A DNA stretch of 64,000 nt from NCBI GenBank assembly GCA_022447685.1, contig JAKVAO010000004.1, positions 1,978 to 65,977 on the forward strand, given 5' to 3'. A program made the translations under genes and the position numbers. The stretch comes from Candidatus Caenarcanales bacterium. Lineage in GTDB: Bacteria; Cyanobacteriota; Vampirovibrionia; LMEP-6097. The notes under the pieces were generated by a model. It had not been told where the DNA came from. It did not search any database and worked only from the letters and a program-made list of their open reading frames with translations. Positions 46,705-55,622 of this stretch are shown here, one piece after another. Numbering within the stretch: the first letter of the stretch is position 1; every line of letters starts with the position of its first letter.

Positions 46705-47850
46705 ATGAAACTAAAAGTTTCTCAAAAATTATTAGACAAAGCTATCAAGTCAGTTAATAAAGCTGTACCAGCGAAAGGCATACAGCCAATACTTAACAAT
46801 ATTTATTTAAAAACACTTGGTGAAAAGTTATTATTAAATGCAACTGATTTAGATTTTTGGATTGAAGCTACGATTCCAGCTAATAATTTGAATGAAGGTT
46901 CAGTAGCAATTTCTGCAAAGAAAATAGAAGAAATTTCAAGTAAATTTTCTGATGAAGAATTAGATTTATTTATGGAAGATGAAAAGAAAATTCTTGAAAT
47001 TGGTTCTGAGAAAATAAAATTTGATCTAATTGGTTTACCTGGAGATGATTTCCCAGCTTTTGAAAAACCAGATTTTATAGATCAAGATTTTATAAGTATC
47101 AATAGACAAGAGTTTTTAGATCTCTTAAACGTAGTTCAAATATCTGCTTCTAGATTTGATTTGAATAATATACTTGGTGGAATTTATATTGGAATTAAAC
47201 AAGAAGAAGATAATTCATATTTTCTAGAATTTGCTAGCTCTGATGGTGGCAGGCTTTCAGCTTATAAGATGAAGCTTGATAATATTAATGAAACTCATAA
47301 GTTTGCTAACAAAGCTGTCATAGTTCCTATAAAAATTATTCTAGATGTTCAGAAGATCTTAGATACTAGTGTTGATGATAATGTAGAAATTGGTTTTCTT
47401 TCATCTAGAGTGGTATTCAAAACTGAAGATAGATATGTTGTTTCTAGAATACTTGAAGGTGAGTATCCTAACTACATGGAATTAGTTCCAAAGACTCATG
47501 ACAAAGAAGCTATTATCAATAGAAAAGATCTTCAGCAAGCATTAGACAGAGTTTCAGTTATGGCTAATGAAGTTACCAATATGGTTAAGTTTTCATTCAA
47601 TGATAATCAAATGACCCTTGAGTGTTCTAATTTGGATTTTGGTAATGCTGTTGAATCTTTAGAGGTTGTTTCTTACAATGGTTCAGAGTTTGAAATTAAT
47701 TTTAATGTTAGATTTATAATGGATTACTTAAAGGTTATTGATTCGGATAATATAGTAATTCACATGAATGCTAACGAAAGTCCTGCTCTAGTAAAACCAG
47801 AGCAAGGTCAAGAACACATCTATGTGATAATGCCTTTAAAATCTAATTAA
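46705..47850 (+). CDS. dnaN: DNA polymerase III beta sliding clamp
   Basis: Three-domain clamp of 381 aa with N-terminus MKLKVSQKLLDKAIKSVNKAVPAKGIQPILNNIYLKT and C-terminal MPLKSN. No dnaA lies upstream in this window. Confidence 0.9.
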   Translation: MKLKVSQKLLDKAIKSVNKAVPAKGIQPILNNIYLKTLGEKLLLNATDLDFWIEATIPANNLNEGSVAISAKKIEEISSKFSDEELDLFMEDEKKILEIGSEKIKFDLIGLPGDDFPAFEKPDFIDQDFISINRQEFLDLLNVVQISASRFDLNNILGGIYIGIKQEEDNSYFLEFASSDGGRLSAYKMKLDNINETHKFANKAVIVPIKIILDVQKILDTSVDDNVEIGFLSSRVVFKTEDRYVVSRILEGEYPNYMELVPKTHDKEAIINRKDLQQALDRVSVMANEVTNMVKFSFNDNQMTLECSNLDFGNAVESLEVVSYNGSEFEINFNVRFIMDYLKVIDSDNIVIHMNANESPALVKPEQGQEHIYVIMPLKSN

Positions 47851-47896
47851 TTTCTTTAATTATTAGTTTACTAAATTATTCTTAAGGGGTAACCGT

Positions 47897-50455
47897 TTAT
47901 AAAAAAGCTAGCTGAGATTTTTTTGCATCTATATCAGATCTAAGTGAATTAGCTTTATCCTCATCATAGTTAGGTGTTGACTCAAGAGTTAATAGTTCAC
48001 TTTCTAGACTTGCTATTTCATCTTCTATAAATATTCTTTGTTCTTCATCATTTGTAATATCTCTATTAACAAAGAATGCATCAACTGTATCTCTTGTAAC
48101 TGATTCACCATCAACATCCATAGTAAAGCTACTGGTTAAACTTATATCGTTACCATTTTTATCAAACTTCTCACCAACGTTTCCAGAGTAGTTAGTTGAA
48201 ATAGATGTGATGCCTACTTCTTCAAGACCTTTCATCTCACCTTTGCCAACTTTACCGTCTCCATCCATATCAGCCCAAACTTTAAGCTCACTGAATGCTT
48301 CATCTTCAGATGTAATTTGACCATCTTGGTTGGTATCTAATTTAGCTAATTCTTCATAACCATTATCAGCATCGTTTTGATCACCAAATAATTCTGAACC
48401 GTCATCAATTTGACCGTTACCATTTCTATCTAATGCTAAGAATGCATCATCAAACCCTTGACTACTTTGTGTCCATGCTGTTCTATCTAATTGTTGATCT
48501 GCATTTAAGTCGAAGTTAACTCCATTTTCAACAGATGTTAATTCGATTCCATCACCATCTATATCTAAGATCACTGGAGATGACCATCTGAAAGAAGAAT
48601 CAACTACTTCATAATCCTGACCTTCTACTTCAATTGTTTGACCAGCTACAGTATCATCTGCTACATCACCCCATGCATTAGTATTACCAGACAATTCATT
48701 TCTATCTATTGTTCCAAGAACCTCTCCAGAGTGAATATCTACTATTACTGGTGTCGTAGCAGACATTTCTTTATCTTCGTCTGACATCATAGCCAAGACA
48801 TTTTGATAAAGCTCGTCATTTGTTGAATCATAGTTTATTTGATTATAGTTATAACCATTATGATTATCACCGAATTGTCCACCAGATACACCCATTATAT
48901 CTCCAAGTGAATGTGCATCCCAACCACCAACTACTATTACTTCTCTAGGTGCAATCATATCCTGTAATTCACTACTAGTAACTGTTTGATCGCCGAAAGC
49001 AAATGTTTCTACATTAGTTACTGTATTAACATCACCATTATCATTATCAGTAAATGTAAAAGTATTATTACCTTCATCAGTTATTGAATAACTACTAAAA
49101 CCTTTATTTAGAGCTAAAGTATCATTTCCCTCGCCACCATCTATAGTATTGTCTCCATAACCGTCAGTTATTATGTCATCTCCAGCTCCACCTTCGATAT
49201 TATCGTTTCCTTCACTACCGTCAATGACATCGTCACCGAATCCACCATCTATGGTGTCGTTTCCAGCTCCACCGTCTATAGTATCGTCTCCAGCTCCACC
49301 ATCTATAATATCGTCACCAGCACCACCATCAATTGTGTCATCACCATCTCCACCATCTATAATATCGTCACCGGCTCCGCCGTCTATAATGTCATCACCA
49401 TCTCCTCCATTAATAGTGTCGTTACCTTCTCCACCATTAAGATTGTCATTGCCAGCTCCGCCATTAAGAATGTCATTACCTTCGCCACCAATCAATGTAT
49501 CGTTACCACCATTACCATTGATAGTGTCATCACCATCTAAACCATTTATTTCATCATCGCCATCGGTTCCCTCTAACACATCATCACTATCTGTAGCAAA
49601 ACCTAATGCGATAGCTTCATGTAATTCAGCTATTGTGAATAATTCTTCGCCATCATCAGTAAGGAATAAAAAGTTTTCTACACTCATTACAGTGGTAGTA
49701 TTTTCTGGATTATCAGCATCTGTAATTCTGATATTATTTCCGCTATCATAGTCAATTATAAAATCATCAGTACTTCCCTCAAAAACAACAGTATCTTCTC
49801 CTAAACCACCCATAACAGTGTTTTGTCCAGTACCAGCTACTATAAAGTCGTTTCCGTTTCCAGCATCTATTAGATCATTACCCGGACCACCATGTATATA
49901 GTCATCACCATTTCCAGCTATAATATGGTCATCACCGGCTTCCCCATAAATAACATCATTTCCATTTCCACCATAGACTCTGTCATCACCTGATCCAGCT
50001 AGTATTGAATCATTTCCACTACCGCCACTTATTAGGTCATCTCCTGCACCTGCGTCAATAACATCGTTACCACTAGTTGAACTTACATTATCATCACCAT
50101 CGCCACTATCTATGATTGCGTCACTAACTACTGCAGAAATTATCCTATCATTACCATCAAATGAAGCAATATTACTATTATCATAGTCATAGATTGTATC
50201 GCCGTCATTACTTCCTGATCTTATATCGTTGCCATTTCTATTAAAAGTATTATTGCCTGACAATTCGTTTCTCATTGAGTCCAAACGTGAACTTATATTA
50301 TCGACATCAATAGGAGCTAGGTCAGGATTATCCGCCATTGCTCTATCCAGTGTAGGGTCATATGATTGCCCATTAACCTTAACGCCTTTTCGGGTTAAAT
50401 TGTTCTCTTCAATGTTTATCAAACTATCATTTAAAAAATTATTATTTATAACCAT
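47897..50455 (-). CDS. RTX-family calcium-binding repeat protein (852 aa) with additional EF-hand/dockerin-like Ca loops
   Basis: More than 25 nonapeptide GGxGxDxUx repeats (for example GGAGDDIIDGGDGDDTIDGGAGDD). Later D-x-D/N-x-D-G-x-I loops (DRNGNGQIDDGSE, DTNQDGQITSEDE, DMDGDGKVGKGE). No signal peptide, consistent with a T1SS-type substrate. Confidence 0.8.
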   Translation of the reverse strand: MVINNNFLNDSLINIEENNLTRKGVKVNGQSYDPTLDRAMADNPDLAPIDVDNISSRLDSMRNELSGNNTFNRNGNDIRSGSNDGDTIYDYDNSNIASFDGNDRIISAVVSDAIIDSGDGDDNVSSTSGNDVIDAGAGDDLISGGSGNDSILAGSGDDRVYGGNGNDVIYGEAGDDHIIAGNGDDYIHGGPGNDLIDAGNGNDFIVAGTGQNTVMGGLGEDTVVFEGSTDDFIIDYDSGNNIRITDADNPENTTTVMSVENFLFLTDDGEELFTIAELHEAIALGFATDSDDVLEGTDGDDEINGLDGDDTINGNGGNDTLIGGEGNDILNGGAGNDNLNGGEGNDTINGGDGDDIIDGGAGDDIIDGGDGDDTIDGGAGDDIIDGGAGDDTIDGGAGNDTIDGGFGDDVIDGSEGNDNIEGGAGDDIITDGYGDNTIDGGEGNDTLALNKGFSSYSITDEGNNTFTFTDNDNGDVNTVTNVETFAFGDQTVTSSELQDMIAPREVIVVGGWDAHSLGDIMGVSGGQFGDNHNGYNYNQINYDSTNDELYQNVLAMMSDEDKEMSATTPVIVDIHSGEVLGTIDRNELSGNTNAWGDVADDTVAGQTIEVEGQDYEVVDSSFRWSSPVILDIDGDGIELTSVENGVNFDLNADQQLDRTAWTQSSQGFDDAFLALDRNGNGQIDDGSELFGDQNDADNGYEELAKLDTNQDGQITSEDEAFSELKVWADMDGDGKVGKGEMKGLEEVGITSISTNYSGNVGEKFDKNGNDISLTSSFTMDVDGESVTRDTVDAFFVNRDITNDEEQRIFIEDEIASLESELLTLESTPNYDEDKANSLRSDIDAKKSQLAFL

Positions 50456-50524
50456 ACCAATCTCCGAATCTTATTCGTATAGATAACATAGTATGGTTAA
50501 GCTTCTATTATGTTGCTGTTTTTT

Positions 50525-51798
50525 TTATATACTTATAGTGGAATTTTCTAGAAATTCAGAGATTGCTTTACTTATTTCTAAGTATCTATTATATATGTGC
50601 CAAGTTTTTTCTATGTTTATACCTGTTCTAAGAATTTTCATATTTTTTAAGAGATTAGCTTTGTTTTTTAATGTGTATATATTATCAATGTTTATTGAAT
50701 TTAAATATGATTCGATTAATGTTTGATTATCTTTACTATATTTAGCAGATTCCAAACTAATTCCCATATTTTGCATTTCTTCTATATCTTTCGTTAGATT
50801 TGTCGGGTCTTCATCATATTTACCTAATTCAAGATCTTCTTTTATCTGATTAAATTTACTTTCTCTTTCTTTATACTTTTCAATAGCTTCTTCTTGTGTC
50901 ATATAATTTGGAAGATCAGGAAGTAGTAATTTAGCTAATTTTTCTTTTCCGTATTTTAGAGCTAGTTCATAAGGCAATGCGGTTAAACTATTAGGGTTTT
51001 CTTTAAGGGATGCCATGAATTTTATTGAGCTTTTTGATTCTAGTAAATTAAAAAGTTTTTTTAATTTATCAAGTGATGTTTTAGACTAAGGTTCTAGTAT
51101 TTCCTCTGCTATGGTGTGGTAGACATTATTATTGGTATTTTTGATAACAGGTAATCCCATAAGCGACATTTCAGGAACTTTATTTAGAAATTTTTCTACT
51201 AATTTGCTGTTGAAAATTTCTTTCGTAAAGAGTGCATTTAAGAGTGGGTATTTTTCTTCTTCCTTATCTAGAATAATGATTACTGAATCTGCGTCTTTGA
51301 TTAATTGTTTATCTATTATGAACTCTAAAAAATTATCATCTGGATTTAGCTTTTTGTTTTTTTCTATATGATCATCAATATATATAATAAGTTTACTAGA
51401 ACAGATTTATAATCATTTTTATTAATTTTGTTTTCAATATCTTTAAGTGTAGTTATAACAATTGAGTTTTTTTTAGGCTCATTAAGAAATTCGAGAAGAG
51501 CAGTTTGAACATTATCTAATTTCTCCAAACTAAAATTATCTGATGAACTATTTATAAGTTCTATTAATTTATTTATTTCTTCAGTAAATTCGTCTTTGAT
51601 AGTGTAAGGTTTATTTTCTATTACTTTAATGTTGCTTAAAGTTTCTATTTCTTCTCTATTGATAACTTGTTTTTGCAAATTTTTGGAGGCTTTTTCCCAG
51701 AATAATTTTCTTTGTTTTTTGTTGTAATTATCATTTTTACTGGAATAAAAGAAGTTTTTTCCTTTTATTATTGTATAGGGATAACTTGTGTAAACCAT
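50525..51798 (-). pseudogene. disrupted gene in three in-frame or near-frame pieces (144 aa + ~105 aa + 163 aa)
   Basis: ORF 51364..51798 is followed after a frameshift (around 51365..51395) by an open coding-like frame, ...SKLIIYIDDHIEKNKK...AEEILEP, with no start codon. This ends at a TAG at about 51064. The same frame then continues SKTSLDKLKKLFNLLESKSSIKF-MASLK... into ORF 50525..51016. Confidence 0.5.
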
Positions 51799-51800
51799 GA

Positions 51801-53072
51801 CTAAGTATTATAAATACCTTTATCTGAGAGACTCTCGTTAGAAATATTATTTTTCTTTAATGTAGTAATTATGTTTTTAGATTTCAGTTCTATTTCTTCG
51901 AACTCTTTTTCAGGATTGGAATCTGCTGTTATTCCAGCACCACTATGTAAGCTTAATTCTTGATTATTTTTATCATAAACAAGTGTTCTTATAAGAATAT
52001 TGAATTCGCCACCTTCGTGGAATTTATAGTAACCTGCAGAGCCTGTGTAAAGACCACGAGTTTGATTTTCTATTTCTTCTATAAGTTCTATTGCTTTTTG
52101 TTTTGGAGTACCTGTTATAGAGCCTCCTGGGAAGCAATAAGAAAATATTTTTTCAAAATCAGGTATTCTTATTTCGTTTTGTTTTCGGGCGTGATTTATT
52201 TCAAGTATATGTTCTTGATTTAAAGCACCTTGAACCGTAGATATAAGATGAAAAAGATCTTTAAATTTATATTTTTGCATTAGCTCAATAACTTTTACTG
52301 ATGCTGTTTTAGAAATTTTACCAATATCATTTCTAATTAGATCAACAATCATCATGTGTTCAGCTTTTTCTTTCTCCGAACAATCTAATATATTTTCTTC
52401 ATTTAATTTTGCTGTTCCTTTTATAGGACTACTTTTTACTGTTAGTTCATTATTTTCAAAAGTGAATTTCAAGAAAGATTCAGGGGAACTACTGATTATT
52501 GAGTAATTTTCAAAATCTATGAAACTCATATATGGAGATGGATTTGAGTTTTTTAGATCTTTATATAAATTTTTAAGATCTTGGTAACTTAGTTTTTCTT
52601 TACTAATAATGACTTTTTCAGAAATATTTACTTGGTATATATCTCCTTCTTCGATGAATTTTTGGCATTTGCAGACATTATTTATAAATCTAGTTTTATT
52701 GAATAATTCTGTGTTAAGTAAATCAATAGTATTCAATTTTGAATGAGATGTTTCTTTTTGATTTTTAATAAGCAAATTTTCGTATTGTTTTTTATGAATT
52801 TCTTCATATAACACAATTTCTATTTTTCTTTCATAGCTTATGTAAGCAGCAAAACCTGAGTTTTTCAGATTTAAAATATCTGGATTTGCTGTTATGAAAT
52901 TTTGCATGTCTTTAAAGCTATAGAATTTTGCTATAGCTTTATCTGCAAATATTTGGTTTTTTTGTTGATAAGAATTAACTGTATGCGTGTCTAAATCACA
53001 GGTTTCAAGAAGAAACTTATGGTCTATCAATTTTAAGTCTGACTGACGCATTACCATGAAATCCTTCTGCAT
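51801..53072 (-). CDS. pabB: chorismate-binding enzyme, aminodeoxychorismate synthase component I-like (PabB)
   Basis: C-terminal chorismate-utilising motifs (PGGSITGTPK, RGLYTGSAGYY, GAGITADSNPEKEFEE). It is adjacent to folB. The annotated start overlaps folB by 56 nt, so the true start may be internal. Confidence 0.75.
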   Translation of the reverse strand: MQKDFMVMRQSDLKLIDHKFLLETCDLDTHTVNSYQQKNQIFADKAIAKFYSFKDMQNFITANPDILNLKNSGFAAYISYERKIEIVLYEEIHKKQYENLLIKNQKETSHSKLNTIDLLNTELFNKTRFINNVCKCQKFIEEGDIYQVNISEKVIISKEKLSYQDLKNLYKDLKNSNPSPYMSFIDFENYSIISSSPESFLKFTFENNELTVKSSPIKGTAKLNEENILDCSEKEKAEHMMIVDLIRNDIGKISKTASVKVIELMQKYKFKDLFHLISTVQGALNQEHILEINHARKQNEIRIPDFEKIFSYCFPGGSITGTPKQKAIELIEEIENQTRGLYTGSAGYYKFHEGGEFNILIRTLVYDKNNQELSLHSGAGITADSNPEKEFEEIELKSKNIITTLKKNNISNESLSDKGIYNT

Positions 53073-53382
53073 TGATTACAGGCTTATGAATTTTGATATC
53101 TATGTAGTTGATAACGTTAAAATCATTGAAAAGCTTGTCAGTAATTGATTTACATAAGTGTTCAATTAAATTAAATTCTTTAGATTTAGCAACATCCTGG
53201 ATAGCATGACTCAGAGAGACATAGCTGATACTATCTTCCATTTTGTCACCGTTACAAGCATCACGAAGATCAATTCCAACTATAAGATCAACAATTACTG
53301 CTTGACCTCTAATTCTTTCATTTTCATAGATTCCTAATCTACAAAAGGCTTGTACTTTTTCTAAATGTATTTCTGTGATCAT
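53017..53382 (-). CDS. folB: dihydroneopterin aldolase
   Basis: 121 aa. MITEIHLEKVQAFCRLGIYENERIRGQAVIVDLIV...SISYVSLSHAIQDVA...IKIHKP follows the FolB pattern. Confidence 0.8.
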   Translation of the reverse strand: MITEIHLEKVQAFCRLGIYENERIRGQAVIVDLIVGIDLRDACNGDKMEDSISYVSLSHAIQDVAKSKEFNLIEHLCKSITDKLFNDFNVINYIDIKIHKPVINAEGFHGNASVRLKIDRP

Positions 53383-53384
53383 AA

Positions 53385-54002
53385 TTAACTTGCTGTTATT
53401 TCTGTTTTTAATCTCTTAACTCTTTCAGAGAACTCATAAGCAAGTTCACTTGTTGTATTTAGTACTTCTTCAAGATTTTTAGCTTTTTCTTTGAAGAAAC
53501 TTAAGTCTTTCTCTAATTGGCTAATTTGAGATTCTTGTTTTTCAACTTGATTAGTTAGTTCTTCTTCCTTAGCTTTAGCTTCACTCATAAGCTTAGCTGA
53601 ATCTTCATTAGTTTCAATAGGACTAGTTTCATTACTTTGGTTAGATTCTTTAGAATTATCTTCTGTATTGGATTTCAGTATTTTAGCTTCTAAATCCTCT
53701 AATTTATTATTGTACTCATCAATTTCTTTTTGAAGTTTGGTGATTTCTTCGTTCTTCTCATTTAGAGTGCTTTGAAGTTTAGCAATGCTTTTTCTTTCTT
53801 CATCACTTAATCTTGTAACCTCGTTAAGTGCTTTGTCTAGAAGAGATTGGCTTTTTTCTAGATTAGCTGCTTTTCCCAAACCACGAAAAATTATTTCGAA
53901 GATATTCTTAGAATTTCTCTTATTAATTTCTGTTAGTACTTTATCTTTTGCAGATTTTATAAAATCTGATATTTCTTTTAGCCTTGATTCATTATTTTGC
54001 AT
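53385..54002 (-). CDS. coiled-coil hypothetical protein
   Basis: The ORF track begins at 54062, overlapping the upstream gene by 70 nt. The Met at 54002 is preceded by AAGGAG at an appropriate spacing and avoids the overlap. The protein is charged with heptad-like periodicity. Confidence 0.5.
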   Translation of the reverse strand: MQNNESRLKEISDFIKSAKDKVLTEINKRNSKNIFEIIFRGLGKAANLEKSQSLLDKALNEVTRLSDEERKSIAKLQSTLNEKNEEITKLQKEIDEYNNKLEDLEAKILKSNTEDNSKESNQSNETSPIETNEDSAKLMSEAKAKEEELTNQVEKQESQISQLEKDLSFFKEKAKNLEEVLNTTSELAYEFSERVKRLKTEITAS

Positions 54003-55122
54003 GTTCAAGCTCCTTAGGGTCTTCAGAAGTTCTTCCTGACTCTTCTTGCTCATTATTATCATTTTCTATCTTTATTTCTGTTTCAACTATTTTAGTTCCC
54101 ATTCTTCTCTTGTCTTTTTCTAGATTTATAATCTCAAGATTTAATTTAGTGTTGACTGCAGGGAACTCTTTTTCAGAATAAGTAGATTTGTGAACTAGAG
54201 CTTCTATTCCAGGTTCTACTTCAGCGAAGAAACCAAATTCAGCGTGGCTGACAACTTTAGCTTCGTGTTTGCTACCAACAGCGTATTTCTTTTCATCGAT
54301 AACAGTCCATGGATCTGGAACTATCTGTTTGCGGCTGATTGCAACTTGAAGATTATCCTGGTCTATTTTGAAAACTTTACCTGAAATATCATCACCAACA
54401 TTAACTAGATCAGAAGGTTCTTTTAATCTAGCCCATGAAAGTTCAGATGACGGAATTAAGATATCTATTCCTTGATACTCAATGAAAACTCCAAATTTAG
54501 TAGTTCTCACAACTTTACCAGTAATTTCTTGACCAATAGCAAGTTTGCTCATTACTTCTTGGCTTTTGGCTTTCATTTGTTCTTCACTGATAGTCTTGTG
54601 ATCTAATATGATTTTATTTTTTTCTTGATCAATTTCGTGGATTCTTGCTGGAATTTTTTTACCAACCCACTCATTTTGAGCGATATTTTTTAAAGTTTCA
54701 TATTTATAATCCATTAATTTAAATGGAATGAAAGCAGTCTGATTAGTAGAAGAAATAATAACTTCAGCTCCGCTTTTTACTATTTTGCTGATGCTAACTT
54801 CAAGGTTTTGTCCTTGTAATTCTTCTAGTTGCTTCCATTTATTCTTATCTTCAATTTTCTTGACAGAAGCTCTGAAAACACCTTTGGTTTTCTTTTCTCT
54901 GTCAACTAATAAAACTTCAACTCTCTCACCAAGTTTAAAATCTTTTTTCTCTCCGAGTTCGTTTATATTCACAAAAGCTTCATAACATTTATTTATATCT
55001 AAATAAACACCTTGTGAATTCGAAGCAAGAACTGAACCAGTGATAACTTCTCCAAGCTTAGGTTCTTTATCTTGTCTGTCAAGCTGAATTTGCTCTACTA
55101 ACTTAATGAACTTGTTTGACAT
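53992..55122 (-). CDS. S1 RNA-binding-domain protein (four S1 repeats; short ribosomal protein S1-like)
   Basis: Four tandem ~70-aa S1 folds (GEVITGSV..., GQNLEVSISKIVKSGAEV..., GQEITGKVVRTTKFGVFIE..., GSKHEAKVVSHAEFGFFAEV). Confidence 0.75.
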   Translation of the reverse strand: MSNKFIKLVEQIQLDRQDKEPKLGEVITGSVLASNSQGVYLDINKCYEAFVNINELGEKKDFKLGERVEVLLVDREKKTKGVFRASVKKIEDKNKWKQLEELQGQNLEVSISKIVKSGAEVIISSTNQTAFIPFKLMDYKYETLKNIAQNEWVGKKIPARIHEIDQEKNKIILDHKTISEEQMKAKSQEVMSKLAIGQEITGKVVRTTKFGVFIEYQGIDILIPSSELSWARLKEPSDLVNVGDDISGKVFKIDQDNLQVAISRKQIVPDPWTVIDEKKYAVGSKHEAKVVSHAEFGFFAEVEPGIEALVHKSTYSEKEFPAVNTKLNLEIINLEKDKRRMGTKIVETEIKIENDNNEQEESGRTSEDPKELEHAK

Positions 55123-55150
55123 AAATTAATACGTAATATTATATCTTAAC

Positions 55151-55591
55151 TCATTTTTGCTTTGTAAACTCAGAAAAATAAAATCTAGATGCAAAAGCTA
55201 GCGCTAAAGCTATTCCCATATAAAAAAAACCAAATAAATTATATGGATCGCAACCTATATCTTTCAAAAATCTGAGTAAAAATCCTAAAGCTATCATAAG
55301 TAAGATAGTTACTACTCCTTTTGTACCGAAAAGAACTAAAAATCCTTTTAAGTAATTAATCGGGTTCGAATCAATTTTGTCTAGATTTTGTAAATTGCGC
55401 ATGCAAGCTTTTTTAAGAACAGTAGATGATTTAACAATTCCTATAATTAATGAAAGAATTAATAGTGATAACATCCAGTTAGGTTCAACGAAGTAAGGCT
55501 CAAGCCATCCAAGTGCTCTCGATCCTATTCTAAAACCTACGCTTAACCAAATTATTCCGGCTAGTAGTAAGCTAAACTTTGCTGGTGTCAT
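55151..55591 (-). CDS. small polytopic membrane protein (146 aa)
   Basis: Four predicted TM helices. Sits in the operon downstream of batB. Confidence 0.45.
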   Translation of the reverse strand: MTPAKFSLLLAGIIWLSVGFRIGSRALGWLEPYFVEPNWMLSLLILSLIIGIVKSSTVLKKACMRNLQNLDKIDSNPINYLKGFLVLFGTKGVVTILLMIALGFLLRFLKDIGCDPYNLFGFFYMGIALALAFASRFYFSEFTKQK

Positions 55592-55622
55592 GTGTCATAT
55601 TCTAACAAAGTTAAGTTTAAAT

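Noticed and set aside
49173-49751. 192-aa plus-strand ORF with PAPPSI(V/I)SS repeats.
   Set aside because: It is the mirror image of the GGxGxDxUx RTX nonapeptide array on the minus strand. It is not a gene, and not a CRISPR or other non-coding repeat array.
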